Shown in pieces: positions 23,647 through 37,354 of a stretch of 42,564 nt of DNA. Made by a program: the position numbers and the translations under genes. Every line of letters begins with the position of its first letter. The stretch's first letter is position 1. The notes beneath the pieces were generated by a model that saw nothing but the letters and a program-made list of their open reading frames with translations, was not told the origin of the DNA and searched no databases. Origin of the DNA: Octopus bimaculoides (Eukaryota); the NCBI RefSeq assembly GCF_001194135.2, contig NC_069000.1:16348738-16391301 (forward strand), in the 5' to 3' direction.

Positions 23647-23830
23647 CTTCGCCTTCTTCACCTTCTTTGTCTTGATGTGAGGCATACGTATTCAGAAAGT
23701 CTGCAATATCTCCACCTGCTTCAATAAGCTCAGAGTATGTTCCAGTACTGGTTATTTTCCCCTTGTTCATAACTATGACAAAATCAACCATCGGTAACCA
23801 ATGCACACCATGGGTGACCAGTAAACGAGT
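23647..23830 (-). CDS. ABCC1: ABCC1-like exon (TRLLVTHGVHWLPMVD..DFLNTY..EGEEGE); donor GC at 23646-23645 or GT 15 nt earlier
   Basis: cattcag acceptor; 184 bp with AAG|GCAAGT donor or 169 bp (23662-23830) with AAG|GTGAAG donor, both phase 1. Confidence 0.88.
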
Positions 23831-24420
23831 CTGAATGAAAATAAAAATTGGAATACAGCATTATATACACATGCGACGACTTGATTGTCATCAGCAAAGG
23901 TGATTTTATCTCGTATCTGGAAATTTAGTTTCTACTTTGCTGAACGCTTCCTTAATATATCTGAAATTAATGAGCATAAAAATTCTAAAAAGAATAAATC
24001 TCCAAAACCCAATAGAAATTATTGAAGTATATCTATGGGATATAGAATGAGCCAGATTAGAACAACAGCCAAATGATCCTAAAGTCACACCTTATGGTCT
24101 CAAAAGAGTTCATTGATAAAGCAATCCTAGACAGACTTTAACTGGAAAAAAAATATTACAGGATAGTTATGGCTCAAATACTTTTGACCATTGATCAATA
24201 AAAAGCCTATACAGCTCTAAATTTCTGAGATGAGGCACTACAGTGAAAGCTGGAACTTATACGGCCAAAACATAGTGACAGCAGCAATCAAGATAAGGGC
24301 ACAACTCCAACTCGTACATAATTGTATTACCAGATCAGTACAGAGTTGACATAAGACAGCGATGAAGGTTTACAAGCCTTAAAAATTCACTCAGTCACTG
24401 CCTGCAGGCATAGTCTAGTG

Positions 24421-24717
24421 CAGGGGTTTTCAAACTGTGGTCCGCGGACCACAGGGGGTCCGCAAGGACAAGACAGGGGGTCCGTGGACAGCAAATACTT
24501 TTTATGGGCAATTTGATTTTATATATGTTTTTAAATCGAAATCTTTTAATTGACAATAAACCTATTTGTTAAATACTGTTAAATAAATAAATGTAAAAAT
24601 ATATGTTATTTTAATCAAATATTTATGTATAAATTTCATAAGAGTATATAAGGGGGTCCCTAAGGTAAAGCCTGAAATATAAAGGGGTCCGCAAGTCAAA
24701 AAGTTTGAAAACCCCTG
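24421..24717. mobile_element. hAT (Charlie-like) MITE, 297 bp
   Basis: Perfect 16-bp TIRs CAGGGGTTTTCAAACT; perfect 8-bp TSD GTCTAGTG (24413-24420, 24718-24725). Confidence 0.92.
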
Positions 24718-25344
24718 GTCTAGTGCATAAAGGTGCTGAAATGTAGTGCAGTCACCTAGATGTTCTGAGTTAAATTCCAGGAAAAGTACTAAGGTGAATT
24801 TCAAGACACCTGAAGAAGGCTGGAGCATTCACAGCCAAATTGTTGTGGAAGCAACGATCAAAATGAGGATACCACTTTAACTAATTCATAATTAGCATTT
24901 AGTCTCACACTGTGAAATTAAGCTCATGAAGACCTTTTCACCAGCTTAGGATGAAGTTCATACTAATCAGGCTCATTATTATTTAAGGTAGTAAGGCAGC
25001 TAGCTGGCAGAACTGTTAGCACATCATGCAAAATGCTTAGCGGCATTTCATTCCATTTTTACTTTCTGAGTTCAAATTCTGCTGAGGTTGACTTTGCCTT
25101 TTGGAGTTGATAAGTACCAGTTGAACATGGGGTTGATGTAATCGACTTACCCATGCCCTGAAATTACTGGCCTTGTGCCAGCCAAAACCTTACAGCATCA
25201 TTATCTAAGGCAGTAAGTTTGCAGAGTCATTAGAACAATGGATCGAGTGCCTCATGGTATCTATTCTGACTCTGTATTCCCATTATTACCCTCACTACTC
25301 TTAATACTACCATCTGTCATCATTATCACAGCCACTCATTATTA

Positions 25345-25818
<474 letters not shown>

Positions 25819-26414
25819 TTAAGAAACCTGAAATAGACATCATACAAACATATACAAACACATCTGGAATTTGAAGAAATAAAACAATGCCTTACAGAAA
25901 AATATGAATACGCTATTAAAGGATTAACATTTTCTAAACAATATATATACACACTTACATATGAATGCATACATATGTGTATGTGTTTGAGAGAGTGTGT
26001 GTGCGTGAATACATAGCTAGCTACCTTCCTTTTTCCTTTGTTCTCCACATTATATAAAGCCATATGTTCAATCATTCAGCTTTATCTGCCACTCAAATGT
26101 AGCTATACTGGGAATTTAACGAACATTACTCTATGTAGTATGTTTGGTCTGCAAGCTGAAATGTGTTTCAAAAGCATTAGATGATGTTAACATTGGGATA
26201 TTCTGAGAATGCCCATTCTCTGACAATAAGATACACACACACACATATATATATATATATAAGAAAACCCATCCTCACTTACAAAAGTATTAATGTTGCT
26301 TCACTACTGAAGAAGATTGGCCTGCAAGAGCCCTTTGCCAGTGCCACATAAACTGCACCAGCACACTCTGTAAAGTGGTTGGTGTTAGGAAGGGCATCCC
26401 ACCATAAAAAGCAA

Positions 26415-26649
26415 GGCGGTGAACTGGCAGAATCATTAGCACGCCGGCCGAAATGCTTAGTGGTATTTCGTCTGCCGTTACATTCTGAGTTCAAATTCCG
26501 CCGGGATCGACTTTGCCTGTCATCCTTTCGGGGTCAATAAATTAAGTACCAGTTACGCACTGGGGTCGATGTAATTGACTTAATCTCTTTGTCTGTCCTT
26601 GTTTGTCCCCTCTATGTTTAGCCCCTTGTGGGCAATAAGGAAATAAGAA
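26415..26649 (+). mobile_element. Full-length tRNA-derived SINE family A
   Basis: A box TGGCAGAATCATTAGC, B box GAGTTCAAATTCC (26487-26499), tail GAAATAAGAA; other copies at ~24995-25190 (+) and ~38915-39115 (-). Confidence 0.8.
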
Positions 26650-26808
26650 AGCAAGCCAAATCAGGCTGGGACCTGATGCCGCTCTCCTGCTTGCTAGCTC
26701 TGGTCAAACCATTCAACCCATGCCAGCAGAGAAAATGGACGTTAAAGGATGATGTTAATATAATTTTTGTTTTTATGTCAAGTTATATACAAAATCAATT
26801 TAACATTA

Positions 26809-27144
<336 letters not shown>

Positions 27145-27455
27145 TTAAGTGTTTTATGGTTTATGAAAACAAAAGAGCAGGAAACAATAAGAACATTATT
27201 ATAACAACAACATTCATTAATATGCATAATGTTCATTCAGCCATACACTGACACCCATGTGCACATATAGACATATAAATACACACACAAACACACACAA
27301 TACAATATATGTAACATTGTTTTTCACATATTAGATATGTAAAAATTTATATACATGCATATATACACACATACACACACATGCATCCAAACTCACCAGT
27401 GTAGACAAATAGATGGATGAAGGAAAGAATAGATAGATAGACAGATACATATATA

Positions 27456-28100
27456 CAGGGTGCAATGAGTAAATTGTCACCATTTTACATTTTTTATTTC
27501 ATGTATGCACATTGTCTGTTTTTGATTTTGCCGACTACACAGTATAGAAGGGTCAGTTGGGCACCATCTGTGAGAAAAACAGCACCATGAAGCAATTCAC
27601 TCTGCCAAAAATTTGAAAACGACATGCTGTACTGCTTGGCATTTGTGCCAGAAGCTCCAATACAAACATTTCAGAGTGTTTGGGTGTCAATCTGAAGACA
27701 GTGCAATTCGAGGACATGTACTGAGAGTGATAAAAATCAAACATCCAGTCAACATCATGGTGTTTGGAATGATCACTAGTGATGGCAACGTTATGCCTCC
27801 ATTCATCTGTCCAGATGGCCTCACACTGCCCTGGGTCAAGAGGGTGGCTACTGGAAGGCCCCATGTCTGGCAGCAGGACTGCACCATGTCACACACAAGC
27901 AGGAGAACCCAGTGATAGCTGTCAGGCAATTTCTGAAACCACATCACTCCTAACATCTGGCTATCTAACTCCCCAGATTGCAACTCCCTTGATTATTATG
28001 CGTGGGGGAGGGGCACAGTTGAACAAGAGACCAACAAAACTTTTTGTAACAGCAATGATGAATTGAAGGCTAGAATTATGGCAGCATTCACCAACTTATA
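27456..28100 (+). mobile_element. Degenerate DD37D (maT) Tc1/mariner transposon, right end missing
   Basis: TA + CAGGGTGCAATGAGTAAATTG left end. KHPVNIMVFGMITSDG..PWVKRVATGRPHVWQQD..**LSGNF*..WLSNSPDCNSLDYY gives exactly 37 residues between the last two catalytic Asp; internal deletion and stops. Confidence 0.82.
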
Positions 28101-29222
28101 GAAAGAAACATGTAAATGAATGTATGTACATATATTTATGTACACATACATCACAGATCCATTTACAGTCATGTATAAAAATGGATGGTCAGTGCTGGAA
28201 TGTCTTCTGATCATAGATCTACTTATTCAAGGTTGTCCCAAGACTAAACACTGCAACTAACACCATCAACAACAACACCACCAACAACCTCACTACTACT
28301 ACTTTACTGAAAATGAAATGTAACCATATGGTATTGCCATTCAGGAATGACTGGTTAGCTGCGTGGGCGTAATGATATAAAAGTTGTTTACTGCTCTGCT
28401 GTTAAAATAGTTGTGGTTTGTTTATACTTTTACTTAACTATTGTTCCACTGCTGGGGTTAATGTTCTATATTTATAATAGACTTCATTCCAGCTTTTTGT
28501 GTCTTGGACATGTGCAGTGTTTCGATTTGTTTTTTTAAATGACATCAGGTGATTTATAGTGTACCTAGTAACATGGTTGAAAAGAACAGGATTGTTCCTA
28601 GCTAGGCGTCTCATGAGGGGGCTGTTTTTGTTGTAGATTTTTTGGCATCTTTGTATTTTTAATTTCACTCATTAGACATGGGCATGGCTGTCTGATAAGA
28701 TGTTTGGTTCCAGTTTCAGTCAACATTGTGACATCTTGGGCACACATCTTCACTGGATTAAATGCATTATCATCATCTTCATTTATCAACATGAACATCC
28801 ATTTTCCATGTTGGCATGGCTTTGACAAGTTGACAGGAACTGGCATGGCTAAAGGCGGCACCAGGATTCCTCAGTTTGTTTTGGTTTGGTTTCTACAGCT
28901 GGATGTCCATCCTAATACCAACCACTTTACAGAGTGTGCTGGAGGCTTTTCACATGGCATCTTCACCAGTGCTTTTTTATGTGGCATCAGCACCAGTGCT
29001 TTTTATGTGACAACTTGGTTTTAGGATCTCAGTTTTGGTGTGGTGGGTGGGCGGGTCTTCTTAGAGTACAGCAATACACCATGTCGCTAACTTAACTAGA
29101 ATTTGTGAAGTATTCCTCATACACTCATGAGCATAACATTTCTGCATTGTGATTAATGGGGCATTGTGAGACAGAGCTGTGTGGTGTGCTATTTCAAGTG
29201 AAAGAATTGTAGTTTACTTTAC

Positions 29223-29349
29223 CTTAACATACACAGAGCCACTTTTCTTGTGCATGTCTCCAAGAAGACAGGACAACACTGAAGACTTGCCACTCCCAAC
29301 AGTACCAACAAGAGCCACGAGTGAACCTTCTGGAATCGTGAGATTGATG
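29223..29349 (-). CDS. ABCC1: ABCC1-like exon, NBD1 Walker A ([30 protein letters not shown])
   Basis: AG/GT boundaries, 127 bp. Confidence 0.96.
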
Positions 29350-30933
29350 CTGAAATCAAACAATACAAATAAAAACTATCAGTATACATATGTGTGTGTG
29401 TGTGTGTATGCATATGCATGTGTGTATGTATGTATGTATGTGTGTACGCGTGCGTGTATCAGTCATCATAATGATTTCTGTCGCCAGATGTCCTTCCAAC
29501 CATTTCACAGTGTGTAGTGGGTGTCTTTCTGTGCCACTGCCACTAGTGAGGTTACTTTATAGATTGGTAATCTACAGACCTGAGGAGGGAACCTGTGTCC
29601 TTATGTTCGATGGGGCTAAGATATGAAAGAAGTGTTTAAGATAGAACAGGTTTTGTCGTGGAGGGATTACATGACAACCCCTATTTAAGAGAGAGAGAGA
29701 GAGAGAGAGAATAAATTGCGATCTCCCAAGAGATAGTTAGAGGTGATGAGGTGTCCAGATGGCACCTGTCCTTTCTAACAACAAAGTATTAGATTAGTGT
29801 GATTACTAAAGTTCACTTTGTAATTATGTTTTATCAGGTTCAATCCCAAAGCTAATTACTTGAGCAAATACCCTCTACCTTGTAAATAAAGTTTGCAACC
29901 CAATAACAGTTTGCTTGTGGTAGAAAACTGTTCTTTGGTGGTAAACTTAAATCAGTTTCCTGGTTTCACTCTGCTATATGTCTCTTGGGTGCTTTTTAGC
30001 CCACTAAATGCAAGCATCTAAATTGGGTCATCAGTACAAGAATAAAGCATTTATAATCTAAGAATAATTATATAGAGGAGGAAAAATTGTAAGCCATTGC
30101 CTTGTTCACACAGATATGGCAGTGTGGTTGAAAAGTTTACATTTGGTTCCAATGTGTGAGAACCTTTAAAATGAAAATACCTCACTTGAGAAACAAAGAT
30201 AAACAAAAAAGGTATGTGACTTCAGAACAACTGCTTCAATAAATTTAATCTAACCCATGCTGGTGTGTAAAAATGGATGCAAATAGTAATAATGATGGTG
30301 GTGATGGTGAATATTGTTTTCATTTTCTTTTAAGTACATGAAATAACTTGGATAGGTTTCAGTATTTTTCTGACCTCATTGTCAAAGTACAGACTTCACC
30401 ATTCTCGCTGAAGAAGAGCTGAAAGAATCACTGAGCAAATGTACAGAAGTGTACACTGATTGGCAAATGAAAATATGATATGCTATGTATCATATTTTCT
30501 CCTTGGGCCTCACAGAGACAATGATAAGTAATCAAGACCTTTGGCAATATGTCATGTTTGAGAAAACCCATCAAGCCAAGTGAAATCATAGTCATGGCTG
30601 ATGCTGGGGTCACGTAACTGGCACCTAAAAAGCACCAGTTACACTTTTGAAGTGGTTGGCATTAGGATAGGCATCTAGCCAGAGAAACCATGCCAAATCA
30701 GATTGGAACCTGGTGCAGCCCTCCAGCTTACCAGCTTCTGTCAAACTGTCTAACCCATATCAGCATGGAAAACAGATATTAAATGATAATGATGATGTCT
30801 GAATAAGAATAGAATGATTATGACTGGAACATTTTTGATCATAGGTCTGCTCATTCAGAATTAACTTAGGGTTAAACAATAACAACAAGCACATAAAACA
30901 AAAATAAAGAAAAAAATAAACTGAAAGCCTTAC

Positions 30934-31000
30934 TTTTTAAGAGTTTCTTCTTTAGAATTGCCCCATGAATAATATCCATCTTGTATCTTAATGGCCTCTC
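30934..31000 (-). CDS. ABCC1: ABCC1-like exon (EAIKIQDGYYSWGNSKEETLK)
   Basis: AG/GT boundaries, 67 bp; phases fit. Confidence 0.9.
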
Positions 31001-31588
31001 CTAAAATGTAAAGGTGAAATAGAAAGCAAAACATGATGTAAAACTGAAACAACTTGTGATTATATGGGTATGTGGGCAAAAAAGAAATTCTACATTCATA
31101 CGTATAAGAGTGTTTGAACATGCATCCATTCAATAATCATGTGAATTTGATCAAAGGTCTGTTGAACTGGGGCTGACCTCATACTAAACAACATACACAA
31201 TTAATAATGACAAATTTATTTAACTACATTCCTCACTATTTTCAAAATTAATTGAACAAAGGCAGCATATTTGAACAGAAATATGGTAATACAAGAGTTA
31301 AGAAGTTGTTTCAGCATATAGCAAGTAACTCTCGCACTCCAAGTATCTAGAACTGCTATAATATACTGTAAGGTAAAGCAATAAAGATGTCATGATATCC
31401 AAAGAAAATGATTTTTTTTAAAAACACTTTGTCCATCCTACTAGGAAATTAAAAGAAGGTATGAGTCCAGTGCAAATTGTTTTTTATGTTTTACCATGTT
31501 TAGTCAAAGCAGATACCTATAACTGTCTCTATAATAACATCTCCTTACCCAAATTTTATAAAACATTCAAGAAGAAAGCATTAAATAC

Positions 31589-31673
31589 CTGGTGGTAGGT
31601 CATGACATATAATGTTAAGATCAACATCTTCAGAGTTGAGGAACTTGTTCACTCTTTTTAGGGAAACAGAACA
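31589..31673 (-). CDS. ABCC1: ABCC1-like exon (CSVSLKRVNKFLNSEDVDLNIICHDLPP)
   Basis: AG/GT boundaries, 85 bp; VSLKR..FL motif. Confidence 0.92.
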
Positions 31674-32197
31674 CTGAAATGGAAATTAGAAACAACAAAA
31701 ATTATGGCTTGAACAGGTTGACATATCTTGTGTATATGCACATGCACTATCTGTTGTCTATTCTCTCATTTTATATTTACACACACACACACACACAACC
31801 TGTTAGAATTAGCAAACAAATCTTCCTCACATCACATCCAATTATCCTAAAAAAAAAAAAAGGGAGGAATACATTGGTTGGTGTATTCCTAGAACACACT
31901 GTATCTAGAGAAAAAAATGGACAATGTTTTCAATTGGAATGTCTTTGATCATATGTATCCTGGATCACAGTTGACCTGCTGTTAAACAATAAGGACATTA
32001 AAAACAACACAGGGCAAAACAATTTTTAACATAGTTAACCTAAGGAGTTCAGAAGGAATAACAACTGAATTGACTTTGAATTCAGATAGTAACAAGGTGC
32101 AACCATATATCGCCAGAATACAATTTGTCCGGTGCTTTTGCAGATTCTGTTATTTTGTTGATTGTAGGTATACAGGGGAAGAGAGACAGGTTCTTAC

Positions 32198-32341
32198 CTC
32201 AGCAAGGTAAATGAATATTTCAGGTAGCAAGTTCATCGGGACTTTCATTAAATTGAATAGTGACTGAGATACAAAGGCTGTTTGGACGCTGATGGAGTGA
32301 CCAGTGACAAAAATATATGTTGCAAATGAAGCAATCATCAC
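32198..32341 (-). CDS. ABCC1: ABCC1-like exon, TM11 (VMIASFATYIFV..TAFVSQSLFNLMKVPMNLLPEIFIYLAE)
   Basis: AG/GT boundaries, 144 bp. Confidence 0.93.
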
Positions 32342-32817
32342 CTGTGGAAGACAAAAAGCAAAAGAGGATAGAAAAGGATGAAGGAGAAGTGAAGGTGAAG
32401 AAAGAGAAAATTATGAAATAATGAAGTAGGAGGAAGAGAAAGTGTAGAAGAAGAAGAAACGGAGTGGGGAAATTAAAAGACCATGGAGATGAAGTAGATG
32501 GAAAATCAATGGGAATGATATGTGAGCAAAGAGAAAAAGTAAAACAAAATCAAGAAGTGAGTTGAAAGGACATATCTTGCTTGAATGTTTCAGTTTTGGT
32601 ATGGTTTCTACATCTGGATGCCGTTCCTAACAACAGCTACTTTATAAAGTGTACTGTATGTAGATTATCAATATCATACACATACATAAATACAATGAGG
32701 ATGATAATATATATATATATATATGTATATATATATTATCCAAAATATATTGTATTATATATCCATCACGGCCACTTTACCAATTGGTTTTGTGTACGGA
32801 TTACAATGGAGTGTTAA

Positions 32818-32983
32818 GTAACAATCTGATTATATAACCATACACGCATCAGAGTTAGCCGATATAGAAGGAAATATGGTGACTGCTCTTCATTGTCAGG
32901 GGTGGATTAACACAACCAGTTGTCATATTCCTTCTATATTGGCTAACTCTGATGACCGTATGGTTATATAATCAGATTCTTAC
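32818..32983. repeat. 166-bp foldback inverted repeat
   Basis: ~60-bp arms (32818-32878 / 32924-32983), 5 mismatches and 1 indel. Confidence 0.9.
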
Positions 32984-34425
32984 CTAATACTCCATCACCC
33001 TTGTGCTTCTCCTTCTCTCTCTCTCTCTCTAGTTCCTTCCCTAATTCTTCAATCCCTCTGCTCACTACCTCTCTCTGTTCCTCCCACATGATCGGTATTC
33101 AGCCAAGCATGACCTTTCTTTCTTGGCCTGTCCACCACTCACACAACATCTTATTTTCCTGTCTCCTGACTTTTGTCTATGTTCGTTGCTGCAAGGTTTC
33201 CACTTCACACGCCAGCTTAATGCAACTTGTCCTTTTAGTCGAAAGAGACCCATTGTTAGTCTCGTTGTCTGTATTTCTAATCATGTAGCATCTTCTCCAT
33301 TTTCTCAATTTTTTTTGTCTGTGTTGTCATACATATTCACCTGCTTTCTTCCAAAAATGTAATGCTCTTAGCTTAGATTTTTGGGGCCTACCAATTTTGA
33401 ACAGTCTCAAGTGTAACAGGCCAAAATTGTAGTGATAATTGGAAGGTTGGCTGATGAATAGAAAGCCACGAATGTTCCATTCTGGTTTTCCTGTCCATCT
33501 TTGTAATGTCCATTTGTCTGTATGTTTTCATTGTCATCTGTTATGTTCATCATCATCATCATCATCATCGTTTAACGTCCGCTTTCCATGCTAGCNNNNN
33601 NNNNNNNNNNNNNNNNNNNNNNNNNNNNNNNNNNNNNNNNNNNNNNNNNNNNNNNNNNNNNNNNNNNNNNNNNNNNNNNNNNNNNNNNNNNNNNNNNNNN
33701 NNNNNNNNNNNNNNNNNNNNNNNNNNNNNNNNNNNNNNNNNNNNNNNNNNNNNNNNNNNNNNNNNNNNNNNNNNNNNNNNNNNNNNNNNNNNNNNNNNNN
33801 NNNNNNNNNNNNNNNNNNNNNNNNNNNNNNNNNNNNNNNNNNNNNNNNNNNNNNNNNNNNNNNNNNNNNNNNNNNNNNNNNNNNNNNNNNNNNNNNNNNN
33901 NNNNNNNNNNNNNNNNNNNNNNNNNNNNNNNNNNNNNNNNNNNNNNNNNNNNNNNNNNNNNNNNNNNNNNNNNNNNNNNNNNNNNNNNNNNNNNNNNNNN
34001 NNNNNNNNNNNNNNNNNNNNNNNNNNNNNNNNNNNNNNNNNNNNNNNNNNNNNNNNNNNNNNNNNNNNNNNNNNNNNNNNNNNNNNNNNNNNNNNNNNNN
34101 NNNNNNNNNNNNNNNNNNNNNNNNNNNNNNNNNNNNNNNNNNNNNNNNNNNNNNNNNNNNNNNNNNNNNNNNNNNNNNNNNNNNNNNNNNNNNNNNNNNN
34201 NNNNNNNNNNNNNNNNNNNNNNNNNNNNNNNNNNNNNNNNNNNNNNNNNNNNNNNNNNNNNNNNNNNNNNNNNNNNNNNNNNNNNNNNNNNNNNNNNNNN
34301 NNNNNGAGCCTCGTGGAGCTTTAGGTGTTTTCGCTCAATAAATACTCAACGCCCGGTCTGGGAATTGAAACCGTGATCCTATGACCGCGAGTCCGCTGCA
34401 CTAACCACTGGGCCATTGCGCCTCC

Positions 34426-34470
<45 letters not shown>

Positions 34471-35334
34471 CAGTAGAACTGAACTTGATATCATATGGTT
34501 AGGAAGCAAACGTCTCAACCAAACAGCCATGCATACACCTTGAGACTAAATGCAAAGAAAAAAGAAAAGTTGCTGCAAGGACAACAAAAAAAATAGAAAG
34601 GACAAAGCACAATAACAACAGCCTAATTATTATTCAGACCTACCCACTCAACGTCAATGAAGGACCCTCTATGAGATCACTATCTGCTAAAAATAGCAGT
34701 GAAATATCTCTCAAATCATACCCTACTGTCTTAAAACAGGACATGTTGGATAATGAGGTCCTGAATTCCCTGTACATAGGAAAAAGATGGCATGGTCATG
34801 GTTGGAATACTTCTGATCATAGGTCCATACAATCAGGATGGATATATAATTACATAACATCAACAACAATAATGACAATGCCAAGTTAATGAGTGCACTC
34901 AACATAACCACTTAGACTAAAAGGAACAGAAGCCTTATATCACAAGCTACCTTCTTAAAAATGGCCACACTAGATAATGTAGTCCTAGATACCAGGTGAC
35001 AAATTGACAGAAGAATTAGAGCATTACAATTAGTTCACAGCACTGTCATATATTATATATCATGAACACCATCTACAATGTCCTTGAAGTTCCCACATTT
35101 TCTATAGCTTTTTCGAGAAAAGCATGAACAAGAGACCAGTGGTGGATTAGAGTTCACTGAAGCCACATTTCCACTCTCAAAAATCAAGATGCATGGCAGT
35201 CTTAATGGAGCAATTAGCATTTTATAGCATCTAGTTTCTTTTGCTGAATCCAGCTAGCAATGAAAGTAATTCTTCTCCACAGTCACAACCCAGCTCCTTC
35301 CTATTCCTCAAGTCTTATTAATCATTATTATGCA

Positions 35335-35491
35335 GGAGTGGCTGTGTGGTAAGTAGCTTGCTTACCAACTACATGGTTCTGGGTTCATTCCCACTGCATG
35401 GCACCTTGGGCAAGTGTCTTCTACTATAGCCTCGGGCTGACCAAAGCCTTGTAAGTGGATTTGGTAGATGGAAACTGAAAGAAGCCTGTCA

Positions 35492-35525
<34 letters not shown>

Positions 35526-35760
35526 CATATATATGGTTGTGTGTGTGTGTGTATGTTTGTCCCCCCACCAACATCGCTTGACAACCGGTGGTGGTGTGTT
35601 TACATCCCCGTAACTTAGCGGTTCAGCAAAAGAGACCAATAGAATAAGTACTAGGCTTCCAAAGAATAAGTTCTGGGGTCGATTTGCTCGACTAAAGGTG
35701 GTGCTCCAGCATGGCCACAGTCAAATGACTGAAACAAGTAAAAGAGTAAAAGAGTAAAGA
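35335..35760 (+). mobile_element. Full-length tRNA-derived SINE family B with internal (AT)/(GT) tract
   Basis: Head GGAGTGGCTGTGTGGTAAG..GGGTTCATTCCC, core GGCACCTTGGGCAAGTGTCTTC, tail (GTAAAAGA)n; gap-interrupted copies at 39780-39974 and 23361-23600. Confidence 0.82.
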
Positions 35761-36983
35761 GAGAGTATATTATACTGAAGCTTGACTCTAATCTCTTATG
35801 TCTCTGTCAGTAGCCATTAGAAACTTAGGTAATCATATACAATAGATGAACCCCCCTCCCCCCCTTTCTGTGACAAGTGTATTGTTGATACATTTTGGTG
35901 TGCACAGCTGACAATCCAAGTTTCTTGTCTGACAATTAGATGTGAATATGAAGCGGTATTGCACCACCAAAAGCAATTACACAAGCCAAAAGAATGAGGC
36001 TAAGCAGTCACTCAACTTGCTAGAATTAGTAACCAAATCACCTTTAAATCACATGCTTAAACATAGGAAGGACACACTGAATATATAGTTCTAGGTATAC
36101 AACATCTGAAAATCAGATGGTTTGGTCATAGCTGGATAGCATTTGCATAACATGAGGTGAGGCAAGAACAATACAACCACAACCAATGCCAATAGATAGT
36201 AGGTCTCTTAATTTGTTAGAAATAGTAGCTAATTCTTACTCATGGTACATACTGCTCTCTTAAAAGAAAAGATCACATTGGCTGATGCACTTTTAAATAC
36301 ACTTTATCCATATTGGATGGAAAGGAGATGTTAGGGAAGATGGAATCCCAATATTATAGTTGACTACTGCTGGATGATACATCATGAATGTTTATCAAAT
36401 ATGCACAAGCAAGAGAGTTCCAGGCATAGTTTCCAGGCGAAGAAGAAATTCTGAGGTGCAGAAAGCAAAAAAAAAAAAAAAAACATGAATGAAACCCTTG
36501 TAAAAATCTATTTCTCACCTTTCAATTGCATTTGTACCTTTTAACCTTGCTAAAGAAAGTGCCAAATTCATGTTTACTACTTTCATTTTGTCCTACCATA
36601 CATGGATTTACCTACAAATGATGGTATATTTTATTAAATTTTTGAGAAAACCTTAGGTGATGGGAAAGAGCATTTTTGATATTTCGAATTAGTACCATAA
36701 AAATATATAAAGTAACATACAATTGTTCAAACAATTTCCTCAACAAGTTTCAGTTCGCAAGCCTGTGATATTAACAGTTGCATTGTCTTTTGACCATAGG
36801 TCAATTTTTTTTCCTTCAGTCTCAGGGAGCCTCTAAGTGATTGCTTGATCTAGGAGAAATAGCATCCAAATCTGTCCAATGACACTGACGATGACAATGG
36901 CATTTCACAGACCAGATTAATGACCAATAACATCAATGATAAAAACGTCAATGATATTTTTTTTTTTTTTTTTTTTTACTTAC

Positions 36984-37121
36984 CATAAAGGGTGAAACTT
37001 CCCATAAAAACCAAATAACGGACAAAATAAGATTAGCCTTTTTCAGAAGGTTTAACTCTTCTCTTCTGACTGTTGATATTTTCTTTTGGAATAAACTTTC
37101 CCATGCATACAATTTGAGGAC
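36984..37121 (-). CDS. ABCC1: ABCC1-like exon (VLKLYAWESLFQKKI..FLWEVSPFM)
   Basis: AG/GT boundaries, 138 bp; VLKLYAWE hallmark. Confidence 0.95.
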
Positions 37122-37354
37122 CTATAAAGAAGAAAAGACACAGAGAAAAGTATTTTTCACCACAAACAAGTGAATTTTGGAAGAGGGGACCTTGCAAGTT
37201 TACCAGGTAGATGTAAGAGCATTGTATAAAATGAAAGAGAGTATATTTTAGATTAAAAAAGAACTTTATTTATCATAATTTTGAAAAATAAAAGAAGTAT
37301 AAAACACTGCATTATTTATGGGATGACCCAACACACATATATTAATGCATACAT

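Noticed and set aside
23870-23905. CTGATGA on the minus strand (also CTGAAGA at ~671 and ~30409 on +)
   Set aside because: No correctly placed stem II plus GAAA.
26415-26500. tRNA genes at the A/B-box motifs
   Set aside because: They are SINE heads followed by family-specific bodies and tails; no complete cloverleaf.
32342-36983. Mutually exclusive duplicate TM10-11 exons like those of Drosophila MRP
   Set aside because: No second exon-like copy seen in the readable sequence; the 710-bp gap at 33596-34305 cannot be checked.
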